Below, one piece after another: positions 12,612-23,767 of a DNA stretch of 64,000 nucleotides. Position 1 is the stretch's first letter, and each line of letters opens with the position of its first letter. The notes under the pieces were generated by a model. It saw nothing but the letters and a program-made list of their open reading frames with translations. It was not told where the DNA came from and ran no database searches. The stretch is taken from the NCBI GenBank assembly GCA_963777505.1, contig CAVZQN010000004.1, positions 896,001-960,000 on the forward strand. The letters run 5' to 3'. The DNA comes from an uncultured bacterium. GTDB lineage: Bacteria > Acidobacteriota > HRBIN11 > JAKEFK01. Both the position numbers and the translations under genes were made by a program.

Positions 12612-15041
12612 ATGAAAAATGCGAAGAATAAAAAAGTAAATATTCCGGACATTATTTCCGTACTGCCATTACGAGATGCAGTATTGTATCCGGAATTGAT
12701 GATACCTCTTGTTGTAGGGCGGGATCGCTCTGTAAAGCTAATTGAAGACTCGTTAAAAACAGACAATATCATTGGACTCGTAACTCAGAAGGATCCAAAA
12801 ATCGAAGAGCCGAAGACTGAAGATTTATATTCGCTTGGAACTACGGCTTTGATCACTAAAATGATCCGTATGCCTGATAGCACCCTGAGAGTGATCGTGC
12901 AAGGATTATCCCGTTTTCGGGTCGAATCATTTTTACAAACGGCTCCTTATTATGTCGCAAAGGTCGACATTATCGATGAGCCGGATGACAAGAGTATTGA
13001 AATTGACGCTCTTGTGATGAACGCCAAAAAGCTGTTCAAAAAACTTAGCGAGATGGCCAGCTATTTATCTTCCGATTTGGCTTCCGTAATCGTAAATATG
13101 GAGACTGCAGGGAAGCTTGCCGATTTAATCGCTTCAAGTCTCAAAATCTCCACGGAAGAAAAACAGGAAGTACTCGAAGCGATCTCAATGAAAGAACGGC
13201 TGGAGAAAGTCAATCTTTTATTGAATAAAGAAATTAACATTCTCGAAATTGGGAACAAAATTCAGTCACAGGTTAAAGGTGAAATTGATAAAACTCAGCG
13301 TGAGTATTATCTACGGGAACAAAAGAAAGCAATCGAAAAGGAATTAGGCGAAGGTGATGAACGCGGAATGGAAGTCGAAGAATTCCGCGAAAAAATCGAA
13401 AAGGCAAAAATGCCTGCCGATGTAAAAAAGGTTGCAGAAAAAGAATTAAAGCGTCTTTCTAAAATGCATCCTGCATCTGCAGAATATTCAGTCTGCAGAA
13501 CCTATCTCGAAGTGCTTGTTGAATTACCCTGGATGACTGGAACAGAAGATAACCTCGATGTAAAAATGGCAGCCGAGGTTTTGAATGAAGATCATTACGA
13601 TCTCGAAAAAGTCAAAAAACGACTTCTAGAATATCTTGCGGTACGTCAGTTAAAAGCTGATATGAGAGGGCCGATCCTGTGCTTTGTTGGACCTCCCGGC
13701 GTTGGTAAAACTTCGTTAGGACGTTCCATTGCAAGAGCACTTGGACGCAAATTTATTCGAATTTCGCTGGGCGGCGTCCGTGATGAAGCAGAAATTCGCG
13801 GACATCGCAGAACTTATGTGGGCGCATTACCCGGCCGCATCATTCAAAGCATAAAGAAGGTTGGTTCACACAATCCCATTTTCATGCTGGATGAAGTCGA
13901 TAAGATCGGTACGGATTTTCGTGGCGACCCGTCTTCAGCATTGCTTGAAGTATTGGATCCTGAACAAAATTTCGCATTCTCGGATCACTATCTTGAAGTG
14001 CCATTCGATTTGTCGAAAGTAATGTTCATTGCAACAGCGAACTTGCTCGATCCAATTCCAGCTCCGTTGCAAGATAGAATGGAAGTCATTGAGATTCCAG
14101 GCTATACCGATGAAGATAAGCTGCGAATTGCGACTAATTTTTTGATTCCAAAGCAACGTAGCGAACATGGCTTGAATGAAGAGCAAATTGTTTTTGAAGA
14201 AACTGCAGTGAAGGAAATTATCCGAAACTATACGCGAGAAGCAGGCGTACGTAATCTCGAACGTGAGATTGCAACAATCTGCCGCGGTACAGCGAAAGAA
14301 ATCGTGGAAGGCACGATTCAAAAGTCTGTGATCACTCCGGAGATTGTCAGCAAATATCTCGGACCGATTAAGTTCTTTTCCGAAGTTGCGGAAAGAACAG
14401 CGGTTCCTGGAGTTGCAACTGGTTTAGCATGGACTGCTTTTGGCGGTGACATTCTATTTGTGGAAGCGAGCAAGATGAAAGGAAAGCGAACTCTTTCACT
14501 CACCGGACATCTTGGGGATGTCATGAAGGAATCGGCACAAGCTGCATTGAGCTACCTCAGGTCGAAAGCGAAAGAATGGGGTATTCAAGAAGATTTCTTT
14601 GAAGAATATGACATTCACGTTCACGTTCCTGCCGGTGCTCAACCGAAGGACGGTCCATCTGCCGGCGTAACACTGTTTGTTGCGATGTTTTCAATGTTAA
14701 CTGGAAGACCGGTTAACAATGATGTGGCAATGACAGGTGAAATTACGTTACGTGGCGCAGTGCTTCCTGTTGGCGGTATTAAAGAAAAAGTTCTGGCTGC
14801 AAAACGAGCAGGATTAAAGAAAGTGATTCTGCCGGATCGCAATCAGAAAGATCTTGATGATGTGCCAGCAAATGTACGCGAAGGAATGGAATTCCTCTTC
14901 ATTAAGCGTGTAGATGAAATCGTTGACCTCGCACTTGCTCCAAAGCCGGGTGAAGAAGTCCCTGTTCCGCCAAAAGAAGAGGGACCAAAACTCGAGCCGG
15001 GAAATTATGCCCGCTTAGCGAGCGACGAACGACCTAATTAA
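12612..15041 (+). CDS. lon: ATP-dependent protease La
   Basis: LON N-domain, [23 protein letters not shown] catalytic Ser, GGIKEK. Confidence 0.98.
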   Translation: MKNAKNKKVNIPDIISVLPLRDAVLYPELMIPLVVGRDRSVKLIEDSLKTDNIIGLVTQKDPKIEEPKTEDLYSLGTTALITKMIRMPDSTLRVIVQGLSRFRVESFLQTAPYYVAKVDIIDEPDDKSIEIDALVMNAKKLFKKLSEMASYLSSDLASVIVNMETAGKLADLIASSLKISTEEKQEVLEAISMKERLEKVNLLLNKEINILEIGNKIQSQVKGEIDKTQREYYLREQKKAIEKELGEGDERGMEVEEFREKIEKAKMPADVKKVAEKELKRLSKMHPASAEYSVCRTYLEVLVELPWMTGTEDNLDVKMAAEVLNEDHYDLEKVKKRLLEYLAVRQLKADMRGPILCFVGPPGVGKTSLGRSIARALGRKFIRISLGGVRDEAEIRGHRRTYVGALPGRIIQSIKKVGSHNPIFMLDEVDKIGTDFRGDPSSALLEVLDPEQNFAFSDHYLEVPFDLSKVMFIATANLLDPIPAPLQDRMEVIEIPGYTDEDKLRIATNFLIPKQRSEHGLNEEQIVFEETAVKEIIRNYTREAGVRNLEREIATICRGTAKEIVEGTIQKSVITPEIVSKYLGPIKFFSEVAERTAVPGVATGLAWTAFGGDILFVEASKMKGKRTLSLTGHLGDVMKESAQAALSYLRSKAKEWGIQEDFFEEYDIHVHVPAGAQPKDGPSAGVTLFVAMFSMLTGRPVNNDVAMTGEITLRGAVLPVGGIKEKVLAAKRAGLKKVILPDRNQKDLDDVPANVREGMEFLFIKRVDEIVDLALAPKPGEEVPVPPKEEGPKLEPGNYARLASDERPN

Positions 15042-15055
15042 GTCCAACCATCTAT

Positions 15056-15085
15056 GAAAAAGGCGGCATCCGTGCCGCCTTTTTC
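15056..15085 (+). terminator. Intrinsic terminator after lon
   Basis: GAAAAAGGCGGCA-TCCG-TGCCGCCTTTTTC. Confidence 0.85.
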
Positions 15086-15123
15086 TGTTTCTAGATAGCT
15101 CTTCGTGTCTCTGCGGTTAGAAT

Positions 15124-15924
15124 ATGCAGATGCATTCATTGTGGAACAATGCTATTGAGGCTCCATGGTTTATTGACATTTATCTTTTCCTGGTTGGTTT
15201 AGTGATTGGCTCATTTCTGAATGTTTGTATTCATCGTCTTCCATTAAAACAATCGATTGTTCATCCACGCTCGCAATGTCCTCATTGCAAAACACCAATC
15301 CGTTGGTATCACAATATTCCGCTTTTGAGTTATATATTTCTGCTCGGGCGATGTTCCACCTGCAAGGCCCGAATTTCACCTCTTTATCCCTTTGTCGAAC
15401 TAACTACAGCAATTCTCATCGTGCTGCTTTGGCGCAGGTTTGGAGCAACAATCCCATTTCTGATTTACACGATCTTTGCCTGCATCATGATGGTTCTAAT
15501 ATTTATTGATTACTATCACCAAATTCTGCCTCATCGAATCACATTTCCAGGGATCGTGTTAGGGTTCGCAAGTTCATTTGTAAATCCATACGTAAAACCA
15601 ATCGAATCTGCTCTTGGAATTTTAGTCGGCGGATTACTTCCATTAATCGTTCTGTTTGCCTATAAATGGATCCGTAAAAAGGAAGGCCTGGGACATGGCG
15701 ATGTTTTTATGCTTGCACTCATCGGCGCATTTCTTGGCTGGCGTCAGGTGCTTGTCGTACTTTTCCTTTCTTCACTTGTTGGTTCAATCATTGGACTCTT
15801 TATCATTCTTGTGTGGAAAAAAGGGTCCGATTTTGCTTTGCCATATGGGACATTTCTTGGAGCGGCTGCATTATTTGCGGTTTTTTTCGGAAGATTTCTC
15901 TGGTTGGCCTATTTTAATCTTTAG
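15124..15924 (+). CDS. pilD: Prepilin peptidase (A24A)
   Basis: GSFLNVCIHRLP, RSQCPHC, GRCSTC, FID and GHGD aspartates, PYGTFL. Confidence 0.93.
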   Translation: MQMHSLWNNAIEAPWFIDIYLFLVGLVIGSFLNVCIHRLPLKQSIVHPRSQCPHCKTPIRWYHNIPLLSYIFLLGRCSTCKARISPLYPFVELTTAILIVLLWRRFGATIPFLIYTIFACIMMVLIFIDYYHQILPHRITFPGIVLGFASSFVNPYVKPIESALGILVGGLLPLIVLFAYKWIRKKEGLGHGDVFMLALIGAFLGWRQVLVVLFLSSLVGSIIGLFIILVWKKGSDFALPYGTFLGAAALFAVFFGRFLWLAYFNL

Positions 15925-15927
15925 AAA

Positions 15928-16000
15928 GTAGGGGCGGCCTTTGTGGCCGCCCGATGAAACTTAACCATGACACAACGGGCGGGCACAAGGCCCGCCCTAC
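15928..16000. repeat. REP family A inverted doublet
   Basis: GTAGGGGCGGCCTTTGTGGCCGCCC ... GGGCGGGCACAAGGCCCGCCCTAC. Confidence 0.8.
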
Positions 16001-16011
16001 TGAGAACTAAA

Positions 16012-16680
16012 ATGAAAACTCTGCTATTAATTTTTGCTCTTTTGTTTTCAAGATCCGTTCATGCACAAGAACTTGAGTTCCGGTTCATCGGGAACATGGC
16101 ATTTTCTATCACCGATGGAAAAGTAACGATGTTTACGGATTTCCCTTATGAGTCTGGCGCATTTGATTACATGAAATACGATCTAAAGACCATTCAGATT
16201 CCAGAAAATAGTTTTACCCTGATTACGCATGGACATTTGGATCATTGGGAACCGAAGATATTTCAACAATTGAAGAATTTAAAAGTAATTGGACCACCCG
16301 ATGTAACCAAAGGAATTGATTCTGCACGAATTGTGCCGCTGAAGGATATGACCGCTGAATATCAAGGAATCAAGATTGAGGCGATTGAGACGCCACACGT
16401 ACCCAATCTCAAACACTATTCCTACATCGTTACGTGGCATGGAATCAGAATGTACTTTACGGGTGATACGGAAGATACAGGAGCATTGCTGAACGCTAAG
16501 AAGCTTGATGTTGCGTTTATCTCACCGTGGCTTTCTCGGAAGTTATTGAAGGATGGAACTGGCGTTGACGCAAAGAAGATCGTGATTTATCACCATGCCG
16601 AAGGTGAAAAAGTTCCAGTGCCGAAAAATGGTGTCGTTCCCAAACAAGGTGAAACGTATCGATTGCCGTTTAAGGATTAA
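16012..16680 (+). CDS. Secreted metallo-beta-lactamase fold hydrolase
   Basis: Signal peptide MKTLLL...VHA, THGHLDH, YFTGDT. Start ATG 16012; the ORF-track extension is REP sequence. Confidence 0.8.
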   Translation: MKTLLLIFALLFSRSVHAQELEFRFIGNMAFSITDGKVTMFTDFPYESGAFDYMKYDLKTIQIPENSFTLITHGHLDHWEPKIFQQLKNLKVIGPPDVTKGIDSARIVPLKDMTAEYQGIKIEAIETPHVPNLKHYSYIVTWHGIRMYFTGDTEDTGALLNAKKLDVAFISPWLSRKLLKDGTGVDAKKIVIYHHAEGEKVPVPKNGVVPKQGETYRLPFKD

Positions 16681-16682
16681 TT

Positions 16683-18272
16683 TCAGTAGTTTCGTTTTAA
16701 TTGCCAGCGGTGGAAAGATTCGGCTGCAATAAAAAATCCAGCAGAAATTGCGGCATAAATGGCAACGATGGATGGCGTAGTCTGATTAAACCATCCTGCA
16801 AAATCGAATGATGCGGTATGGCCCTTATCATTCATTACTAGATACAAAAAGAAAAGAAAGATCACAATAAATGTTTTCGGATTGGTTGTCAGAATCCCTA
16901 ATGCCGTAGCTGCCGCTGCTGCAAATAATGTCCCGCCAATTACGGCAAGTGCGCTAAAGGGTTGTATGAAGAGAAGTTTTAAGATTGCGATCCACGTAAA
17001 TGCTAGCGCCAGCAAAACCGCGCTGCTTAACTTCCATAACACAAAATTCTGGCGTAATTTGGGTGCCGAAAAAATCACAGGAAGAGTTCCTGAACTTTTT
17101 TCACGTGTTGCAAGATCAGAAAGCACCAAGACCATTGCGGCAAAAGCAAGTGGAAGTTTGTTTTGAATTCCAGCCGGCGAAAGGATCGCAAACCAAATCG
17201 TGAAGAACGCAATCAGCACAGCGCCAGCGGGGTAAATCTGCAGAGCCAGCAGGACTTCAGAAATCACTGAGCGAATAAACGAGGGCTTACCTCCAACCGT
17301 GGTGAGTTTTAAGGCAGGTGCTGTTAAAAGCGCTGCAATTGGCTTCATCAGCGCGTTGATTTTGGCAGGGATGCCTTGCCGTACTCTCTTTGATGTTGCC
17401 TTAATCCGATCAGGATTAAACCGATGAAATCGTACAAGTGATATTAACAACAATGGCAATGGATACAATAATGAACTGAGACGTGGAAGGATCCATTCGC
17501 GTTTGAACACAATTCCTGAAATTACAAACGGCGGCTTAGTTTTATCATATGGTGAACTCCCGATAGACAAACCGGAAACACCTGCGATCGTTCGCGTTTG
17601 CTCGATCAGATAACCCATTCCCATTGAATCGACATAAGATCCTGCGTTCGGATAACCTTTTTTCTCTGATCCGATTGCGCCGACTGAGAGAACCGTAAGC
17701 CAAACAGCAAAGTACAACACATCGCCAAATTTACCGGACAAAAATCGGATCGATTCAAACACGATAGCAATCGTTGAAACAAAAATAATTAATGGGGGAA
17801 TCATGACAGCATAGTAGGCAAGGAAGATAAAAGGTTCGATCGGTCCTTCACCGCGGATTAATTGCATAATGATGCTGCTTATAAGAAAACCAAACGAGAG
17901 TGCAGTCAAAAACAAAACATTTCCCGCGAACTTTCCAATCAAATATTCACTGTTCTTCAGGGTTGTTGATGCAAGAATGAATCCTGTGCGCGTTTGAATA
18001 TCTTTTTTAATCGAATTGCTTACGAGATAGTATCCAAACAATCCCATCATTAACGTGAATATTGTGGAAGTGCCGATCGCGAGGGCCGATGAATTGTAGA
18101 GTGCACGTTGCTCGTTCAGTTGGATCAGTGCCTTTCCGCTGGAAGGATCGGGTATCCAGAGATAGGCGGCTACGCATAAGATTAAAAAAATTACAGCGGT
18201 CGATGCTTTGCGAAAGCGCAGCAAAAAGTCCGTTTTAATTACGGCAACGATCCGTTGGAATCTTTCGCTCAT
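16683..18272 (-). CDS. ABC-2 type exporter membrane protein
   Basis: Many transmembrane segments with two ABC-2-like halves (EYLIGKF; FVLWKL). ATGA overlap with the ATPase gene. Confidence 0.7.
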   Translation of the reverse strand: MSERFQRIVAVIKTDFLLRFRKASTAVIFLILCVAAYLWIPDPSSGKALIQLNEQRALYNSSALAIGTSTIFTLMMGLFGYYLVSNSIKKDIQTRTGFILASTTLKNSEYLIGKFAGNVLFLTALSFGFLISSIIMQLIRGEGPIEPFIFLAYYAVMIPPLIIFVSTIAIVFESIRFLSGKFGDVLYFAVWLTVLSVGAIGSEKKGYPNAGSYVDSMGMGYLIEQTRTIAGVSGLSIGSSPYDKTKPPFVISGIVFKREWILPRLSSLLYPLPLLLISLVRFHRFNPDRIKATSKRVRQGIPAKINALMKPIAALLTAPALKLTTVGGKPSFIRSVISEVLLALQIYPAGAVLIAFFTIWFAILSPAGIQNKLPLAFAAMVLVLSDLATREKSSGTLPVIFSAPKLRQNFVLWKLSSAVLLALAFTWIAILKLLFIQPFSALAVIGGTLFAAAAATALGILTTNPKTFIVIFLFFLYLVMNDKGHTASFDFAGWFNQTTPSIVAIYAAISAGFFIAAESFHRWQLKRNY

Positions 18273-19150
18273 ACTCGTTCAAGCTGATTTGTAGAGTCTT
18301 CCATTGCGAGCAAGAAGGCTTCTTCTAAGGCTGGTTCAACTGGCAATGCGGTCGAATGTGGAATCATAGCGCTTACGATACGAAGATGAACGCCGTCCGG
18401 TCTGCGGACAGCTCCTGAAATTTTCAACGTTCTGCGCATTTTCTCAAATTCATCAGAGGAAACAACAACTTCCCAAACACATCGTTCTGCGGATTTCAAC
18501 AAATCTTCAGGTGCAGCAAAAATCACGAGTCCACCGTTTTTCATGATTGCAATTTCTGTAGCAATCGATTCAATATCAGAAACGATGTGTGTAGAAAGTA
18601 TGACCAATTTGCTATGACCCAGATCGGTCAAAATATTGCGGAATCGCACGCGTTCTTCGGGATCCAATCCAGCTGTTGGTTCATCCACAATTAATAATTC
18701 CGGATCGTTAATTAAGGCTTGGGCGATGCCGAGTCTTTGTTTCATCCCTCCGGAAAACCCTCCTACCGCGCGCTTTGCGACAGTATGAAGATTCACCATC
18801 TCAAGCATTTCTTGTACCTTTGTGCGTGAATGAACTCCTTTCAACGAAGCAAAATAACTGAGAAATTCAAATGCGGTAAGGTTTTCATAAATTCCAAAAT
18901 CTTGTGGTAAATAACCAAGACGGCTTCGCAAAAATTCCGGATGTCGAACGATGTCAGTATCTTGAAAAAGGATTGTTCCTGTTGTGGGGCGTGTAATGGT
19001 TGCGATCATCTGCATCAGTGTGGTTTTGCCGGCACCGTTTGGCCCCAACAAACCGAGTACACCGTTACGCGCAGAAAGTGTAAAATCTTTCACGCCATAG
19101 TTTCCGGCGGAAAAACGTTTTGATACGTTTTCTATTTGAAGGACGTTCAT
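18269..19150 (-). CDS. ABC transporter ATP-binding protein
   Basis: GPNGAGKTT, FSGGMKQR, VDEPTAGLD, LSTH. Confidence 0.93.
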   Translation of the reverse strand: MNVLQIENVSKRFSAGNYGVKDFTLSARNGVLGLLGPNGAGKTTLMQMIATITRPTTGTILFQDTDIVRHPEFLRSRLGYLPQDFGIYENLTAFEFLSYFASLKGVHSRTKVQEMLEMVNLHTVAKRAVGGFSGGMKQRLGIAQALINDPELLIVDEPTAGLDPEERVRFRNILTDLGHSKLVILSTHIVSDIESIATEIAIMKNGGLVIFAAPEDLLKSAERCVWEVVVSSDEFEKMRRTLKISGAVRRPDGVHLRIVSAMIPHSTALPVEPALEEAFLLAMEDSTNQLERV

Positions 19151-19231
19151 AGATTTTTCCTCGTGCAATTAATAGATCATACGCCCGAAACTGTTTTTGG
19201 TTCATAAAACTCATTTCCGGAGGTGATTCTA

Positions 19232-19804
19232 ATGGATCGTTGTCCATGGCCCGCAAAAGATCCGCTTATGGTCGAGTATCACGATAAAGAGTGGGGAACA
19301 CCACTCCATGATGACAGAAAGATTTTTGAATTTTTGGTGCTTGAAGGTGTGCAAGCTGGTTTAAGCTGGCAAATCGTTTTAAGGAAGCGTGAGAATTATC
19401 GAAAAGCATGTCATGATTTTGATCCTGTTCGGATTTCAAAGTATGGCGCAAGAGACATAAAGCGATTGCTGAATGATGCTGGGATCATACGGAACCGTTT
19501 AAAGATCGAAGCAATGATCACGAACGCGAAAAAGTTTTTAGAAGTTCAAAAAGAATTTGGGACATTCGATAAATACATCTGGGGATTTGTTGGAGGTCGT
19601 CCAATTCAGAATAATTTCACAAGTTTGTCACAGTTGCCTGCAACATCAAAAGAATCAGATGCTTTAAGTAAGGATCTAAAATCGCGTGGATTCAAATTTG
19701 TGGGTTCGACGATCGTGTACGCTCATATGCAAGCGACCGGAATGGTGAACGATCACATTGTAGAGTGCTTCCGTCACAAGCAGCTAACCAAAAAGAAAAA
19801 ATAG
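19232..19804 (+). CDS. tag: DNA-3-methyladenine glycosylase I
   Basis: RCPW, YHDKEWG, LEGVQAGLSW, IIRNRLK, GMVNDH...C. GGAGGT SD precedes ATG 19232. Confidence 0.95.
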   Translation: MDRCPWPAKDPLMVEYHDKEWGTPLHDDRKIFEFLVLEGVQAGLSWQIVLRKRENYRKACHDFDPVRISKYGARDIKRLLNDAGIIRNRLKIEAMITNAKKFLEVQKEFGTFDKYIWGFVGGRPIQNNFTSLSQLPATSKESDALSKDLKSRGFKFVGSTIVYAHMQATGMVNDHIVECFRHKQLTKKKK

Positions 19805-19816
19805 CAAGGTCTTTTC

Positions 19817-19868
19817 TAACGCAGAGTGCGCCGAGTTTAAAATTAATGACTCTGCGTCCTCGGCGTTA
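19817..19868. repeat. Family E short palindromic repeat (CTCTGCGTCCTCGGCGTTA type), probable bidirectional terminator
   Basis: TAACGCAGAGTGCGCCGAG / CTCTGCGTCCTCGGCGTTA inverted pair between convergent genes. Related half-sites at 11110, 15101, 34877, 46061, 48573 and 55928. Confidence 0.55.
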
Positions 19869-19879
19869 AATATTCTTTC

Positions 19880-21563
19880 TCAATTTCCTAAGGCGAAGCC
19901 GCCGCGGCGAGGATCAGCAGCGCCTAATTTCATCCCTGTTGCAGGATCAACCATAATGACGTGCACATCACTTCCAGTGCTATCCGGCTCCTTTGCGAAA
20001 TGATGACCACGCAACTCAAGCGATTTTCTAACGTCTTCAATCAATCCGAAAGACTCGAAGACTATTTCATCGGGCAGCCATTGATGATGGAATCGCGGAG
20101 CATCCACAGCTTGCTGTAACTCCATTCCAAAATCAATAACATTAATAATGCATTGAGCAACGGCTGTCGGAATTCTTGAGCCACCCGGACTCCCAAGCGC
20201 CATAAAAGGTTTATCGTTTTGTAAAACGATTGTAGGTGTCATGGATGATGCTGGACGCTTTCCTGGTTGAATTGCATTGCTTTCGCCTTGCACAAGTTGA
20301 TACAGATTGGGCTTTCCGGGTTCTGTCGTGAAGTCGTCCATTTCATTGTTGAGCAAGAAGCCTGCGCCAGGAACAGTGACTCCAGAACCGAATGATTCGT
20401 TGAGTGTTGTTGTAACCGCAACGATATTTCCCAATCGATCGATGATTGATATATGAGTCGTATTTCCCGAAAGTTTTGAAATGACTGCAGGATCCAAAAT
20501 TTCTTTCGATGGTGTTGCGCGATCTCTGCGAATTGAGTTGCTAAGCTCTTTGATGTGCTCAGGGGAGAGTAGAAGATCTAGAGGGACATTTGTGAATTCA
20601 GGATCGCCTGAATATCGAGCGCGATCGGCAAAAGCGCGCTTCATCGCTTCAACAAGCAAATGAATTTCATCCGAAGAATGGAATGCCGGCCGTTTTCAAA
20701 TCATGGTTTTCAAGCATTTTCAGGATTTGTATGAGGGCGATTCCTCCGGAAGAAGGAGGAGGTGCGGTTAGCAAGGTATAACCTTTGTAATCTGCCGATA
20801 GCGGCTTTCGAATTACAGGTTTGTAATCGCGCAAATCTTCAGCAGTAATCAAGCCGCCATTTTTCTTCATTTCCTGAACAATCAAATTTGCGGTTTCACC
20901 TTCATAAAATTCGCGAGATCCTTTTTCCTGAAGCCGTTTCAATGTTGCTGCCAGATCAGGCTGTACCAGAACATCGTCTTCATTTAAGAATTTTCCATTG
21001 CGTAAAAAGATTTTGGACGTCTCAGAAAATGAAGTGAGCTGCTTTTCGTTCTTTTTCATTCGTTGTGCCGTTTTGAGGCTGACTCGAAAACCATTCGATG
21101 CAAACTTGCGCGCTGGTTCGATAAGTTCATTCCATTTCAAAGAACCATGACGTTCAAGAGCCATTGCCATTCCTGCAACCGCTCCAGGAACCGCAACTGC
21201 GAGGTGTCCAACCGTGGAAGCATTCGATTTCCCTTTTTGATACATATCGCGCGTTGCAGCCTTCGGGGCTATTTCCCGCGCATCGATAAATTCTGTTTTG
21301 CCATCAGAATTTCTGATTAAAAAGAATGTCCCACCTCCCAGATTTCCTGCTTCGGGCCAGACCACTGCCAACGTAAAAAGGGCGGCAACTGCGGCATCCA
21401 TAGCATTTCCCCGCTGCAAAACATCAACAGCTGTGCGCGTCACGATTTCATTAACGCTAGCAACCATTGAATTTCGAGCCCGCACGGCATCGCGCGAGGC
21501 AGCACCTGATCCGAAACTAAAAACGACAACTAACAGAAGTGCAAATAATGATTTCAACTTCAT
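19880..21563 (-). CDS. ggt: Gamma-glutamyltranspeptidase, interrupted by one extra base near 20680
   Basis: GNAMDAAVA, GNLGGG, IDARE, PPPSSGG in the upstream ORF. NTTHISI, NNEMDDF, RPASSMTP and GSPGG in the downstream ORF. Removing one base restores ...AGFHSSDEIHLLVEAM. Confidence 0.9.
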
Positions 21564-21686
21564 ACTGAATTTGATCTTAGCATGACCTGAGGCTGTAGCC
21601 GTTGCTACTTTTCGTTGTATATTTGCGTAGAGGCGGTCTGAGATCCGCCTGTAAGAAAACATGCTTTTAACGAGAAGAGGTGAAGA

Positions 21687-22082
21687 ATGGTAAGCCCGAT
21701 CGCAAGATGTTCTTCCTATTTTTATGCTCTCCTGCGGATCATTGCAGGGTTGATGTTCATGATGCATGGCACACAAAAATTGTTTGGTTGGCCTCCCTCT
21801 GACAGGCCGCCAGTTGATATTGCATCAGTGGCAGGAATTGGAGGAATTCTTGAACTGGTTCTTGGTTTTTTAATTGCAATTGGTTTACTCACATGGATTG
21901 CGGCATTTTTAGCCAGCGGTGAAATGGCTGTAGCGTATTTTATGTTTCATTTCCCTGGAGGATTTTGGCCGATCGTAAATCATGGTGAACTTGCAGCACT
22001 ATACTGTTTTGTGTTTTTGTACATTTCTGCAACTGGCTCAGGTATTTGGAGTGTTGATGCTGCGCGGCGAAGTAGTCCGTAA
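21687..22082 (+). CDS. DoxX family membrane protein
   Basis: LLRIIAGLMFMMHGTQKLFG, ASGEMAVAYF, NHGELAALY, GSGIWSVD. Confidence 0.9.
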   Translation: MVSPIARCSSYFYALLRIIAGLMFMMHGTQKLFGWPPSDRPPVDIASVAGIGGILELVLGFLIAIGLLTWIAAFLASGEMAVAYFMFHFPGGFWPIVNHGELAALYCFVFLYISATGSGIWSVDAARRSSP

Positions 22083-22092
22083 TTCAGAACTA

Positions 22093-22117
22093 GTAAGGGC
22101 GGGTCTTAGACCCGCCC
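22093..22117. repeat. REP family A singlet
   Basis: GTAAGGGCGGGTCTTAGACCCGCCC between convergent genes. Confidence 0.7.
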
Positions 22118-22121
22118 GTTC

Positions 22122-23024
22122 TTAGATTTTCAACAGTCTGCCCAGTGAGAAGAAGCTCCCAAAAAATCCTACGACCATTCCGCCCAAGATAACGGAAAGA
22201 ATTATCCATGTGGGCAGGAAGTAAATTTGAGTGCCTCCAAAAAAAGGCGCGTTGAGAGCATTCACTTTTGCAACAATAAACGAATACATCGCAAATAAGA
22301 GACCTGTCGCAAGCAGCCCACCTATCATGCCATGCAAAATTCCTTCGGTAAGAAATGGACCCTTGATGAAGCTATTGGTTGCGCCAACCAGCCGCATGAT
22401 TTCGATTTCATCTCTTCTGGAAAGTACGATTAGTTTGATTACGTTTGAGATTGAAAATGTGGCCGTAAACATTAAGATCCCGCCAAAGACAAGCCCTATA
22501 ATTTCGACAAATCGGATCATAAATTGAACGCGGTCAATCCATTCTTGATCATATTCAACATCTTGAACTGAATCGTGCGAGCGAAGCAGCTTCACGAATT
22601 CACTGACAGTCTTTTGATTTTGAAACTCTTTTCGCACTGTGATTTCGAATGATGCAGGAAAAGGGTTGTTCTGAAGATCATCAGCAAGGTCCTTCATTGA
22701 AGGATAAAAATCACGAAATCGATTTAAGGCCTCATCTCTGCTAACAAATTCGAACCGGGAAACCAGTTGCGAAGATTTAATGAAGGCTTCAAGTTGTGTT
22801 GTTTGGTTTGGATTTGGGTTTTCGTTTAAGAAAACGCTGATCTTGACGTTTTCGGTCCAGTGACCAATCAAACGCCCAAGATTTTGAGCTGTCAACAAAA
22901 ACAGGCCGAGTGTGAATAGTGAAAAAGAAATAATTGCAATTGAAACAAAATTATTAAATCGATTTGACCACAGATTTCCTGCTGCCTCTCTGAAAAAATA
23001 GCGGAAAACGTAAAGCAGGCGCAT
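22122..23024 (-). CDS. ftsX: Cell division permease FtsX
   Basis: Four-TM topology, NPFPASF, RRDEIEIMRLVGAT..FIKGPF. Downstream of ftsE. Confidence 0.92.
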   Translation of the reverse strand: MRLLYVFRYFFREAAGNLWSNRFNNFVSIAIISFSLFTLGLFLLTAQNLGRLIGHWTENVKISVFLNENPNPNQTTQLEAFIKSSQLVSRFEFVSRDEALNRFRDFYPSMKDLADDLQNNPFPASFEITVRKEFQNQKTVSEFVKLLRSHDSVQDVEYDQEWIDRVQFMIRFVEIIGLVFGGILMFTATFSISNVIKLIVLSRRDEIEIMRLVGATNSFIKGPFLTEGILHGMIGGLLATGLLFAMYSFIVAKVNALNAPFFGGTQIYFLPTWIILSVILGGMVVGFFGSFFSLGRLLKI

Positions 23025-23026
23025 GT

Positions 23027-23692
23027 TTATAAAGAAATATCGTCCGAAAGACGTCCATGATCCAGCGTAACAACTCTACCTCGGATCTTTTGAATCATGT
23101 CTTTATCGTGCGTTGCAATCAGAACCGTGGTGCCACGCGCATTAATACGCTTAAAAATCTGCATAATTTCAAAAGCGAGTTCCGGATCCAGATTTCCTGT
23201 AGGCTCATCTGCAAGTAGCAACACGGGTTCTTGAATCAAAGCACGCGCTATAGCAACACGTTGCTGCTCTCCGCCGGAAAGCTGCAGGGGAAATGAATGC
23301 ATCTTGTGTTGAAGTCCTACTGTTTTTAGAATCTCAAGCGCCCGTTTCTTTTGTATGCGAGGCGATGCGCCAATAACATGCAGAACGAAAGTTACATTTT
23401 CATAAACCGTTTTTCTTTTAAGAAGTTTGAAGTCCTGGAAAATGAAACCGATATTGCGGCGCAGAATTGGAATTTGATGGTCAGGAATGATTGCAATGTT
23501 TCTTCCATTGACAATGATTTGTCCGCTTGTCGCAATTTCTTCACGGATCAATAGCCGGAGTAATGTTGATTTGCCAGCACCGCTTGCGCCCGTTAGAAAT
23601 GCAAATTGTCCTTTAGGAATGTTCAGCGTGACATCATTGAGTGCTACATACTGGTGATCGTAGCGTTTAGTCGCATGAAACATTTTGATCAT
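23027..23692 (-). CDS. ftsE: Cell division ATP-binding protein FtsE
   Basis: FLTGASGAGKST, LRRNIGFIFQDFKLL, LSGGEQQR, ADEPTGNLDP. Start ATG 23692. Confidence 0.95.
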   Translation of the reverse strand: MIKMFHATKRYDHQYVALNDVTLNIPKGQFAFLTGASGAGKSTLLRLLIREEIATSGQIIVNGRNIAIIPDHQIPILRRNIGFIFQDFKLLKRKTVYENVTFVLHVIGASPRIQKKRALEILKTVGLQHKMHSFPLQLSGGEQQRVAIARALIQEPVLLLADEPTGNLDPELAFEIMQIFKRINARGTTVLIATHDKDMIQKIRGRVVTLDHGRLSDDISL

Positions 23693-23709
23693 ATCTTTGC
23701 GTCTTTCTG

Positions 23710-23759
23710 GTAGGGGTGGGCCTTGTGCCCACCCGGGCGACCACAAGGGTCGCCCCTAC
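23710..23759. repeat. REP family A inverted doublet (no spacer)
   Basis: GTAGGGGTGGGCCTTGTGCCCACCC + GGGCGACCACAAGGGTCGCCCCTAC. Confidence 0.8.
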
Positions 23760-23767
23760 TTAAAAAC

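Noticed and set aside
19880-21776. ggt naturally split into large and small subunit genes
   Set aside because: The break is ~70 codons before the autocleavage Thr (NTTH), and a single-base deletion restores one ORF.
23693-23746. N-terminal extension of FtsE (likewise extensions at 15967, 58082, 60083, 7156, 21776 and 48067)
   Set aside because: Extensions translate REP or promoter DNA; homology starts at downstream ATGs.
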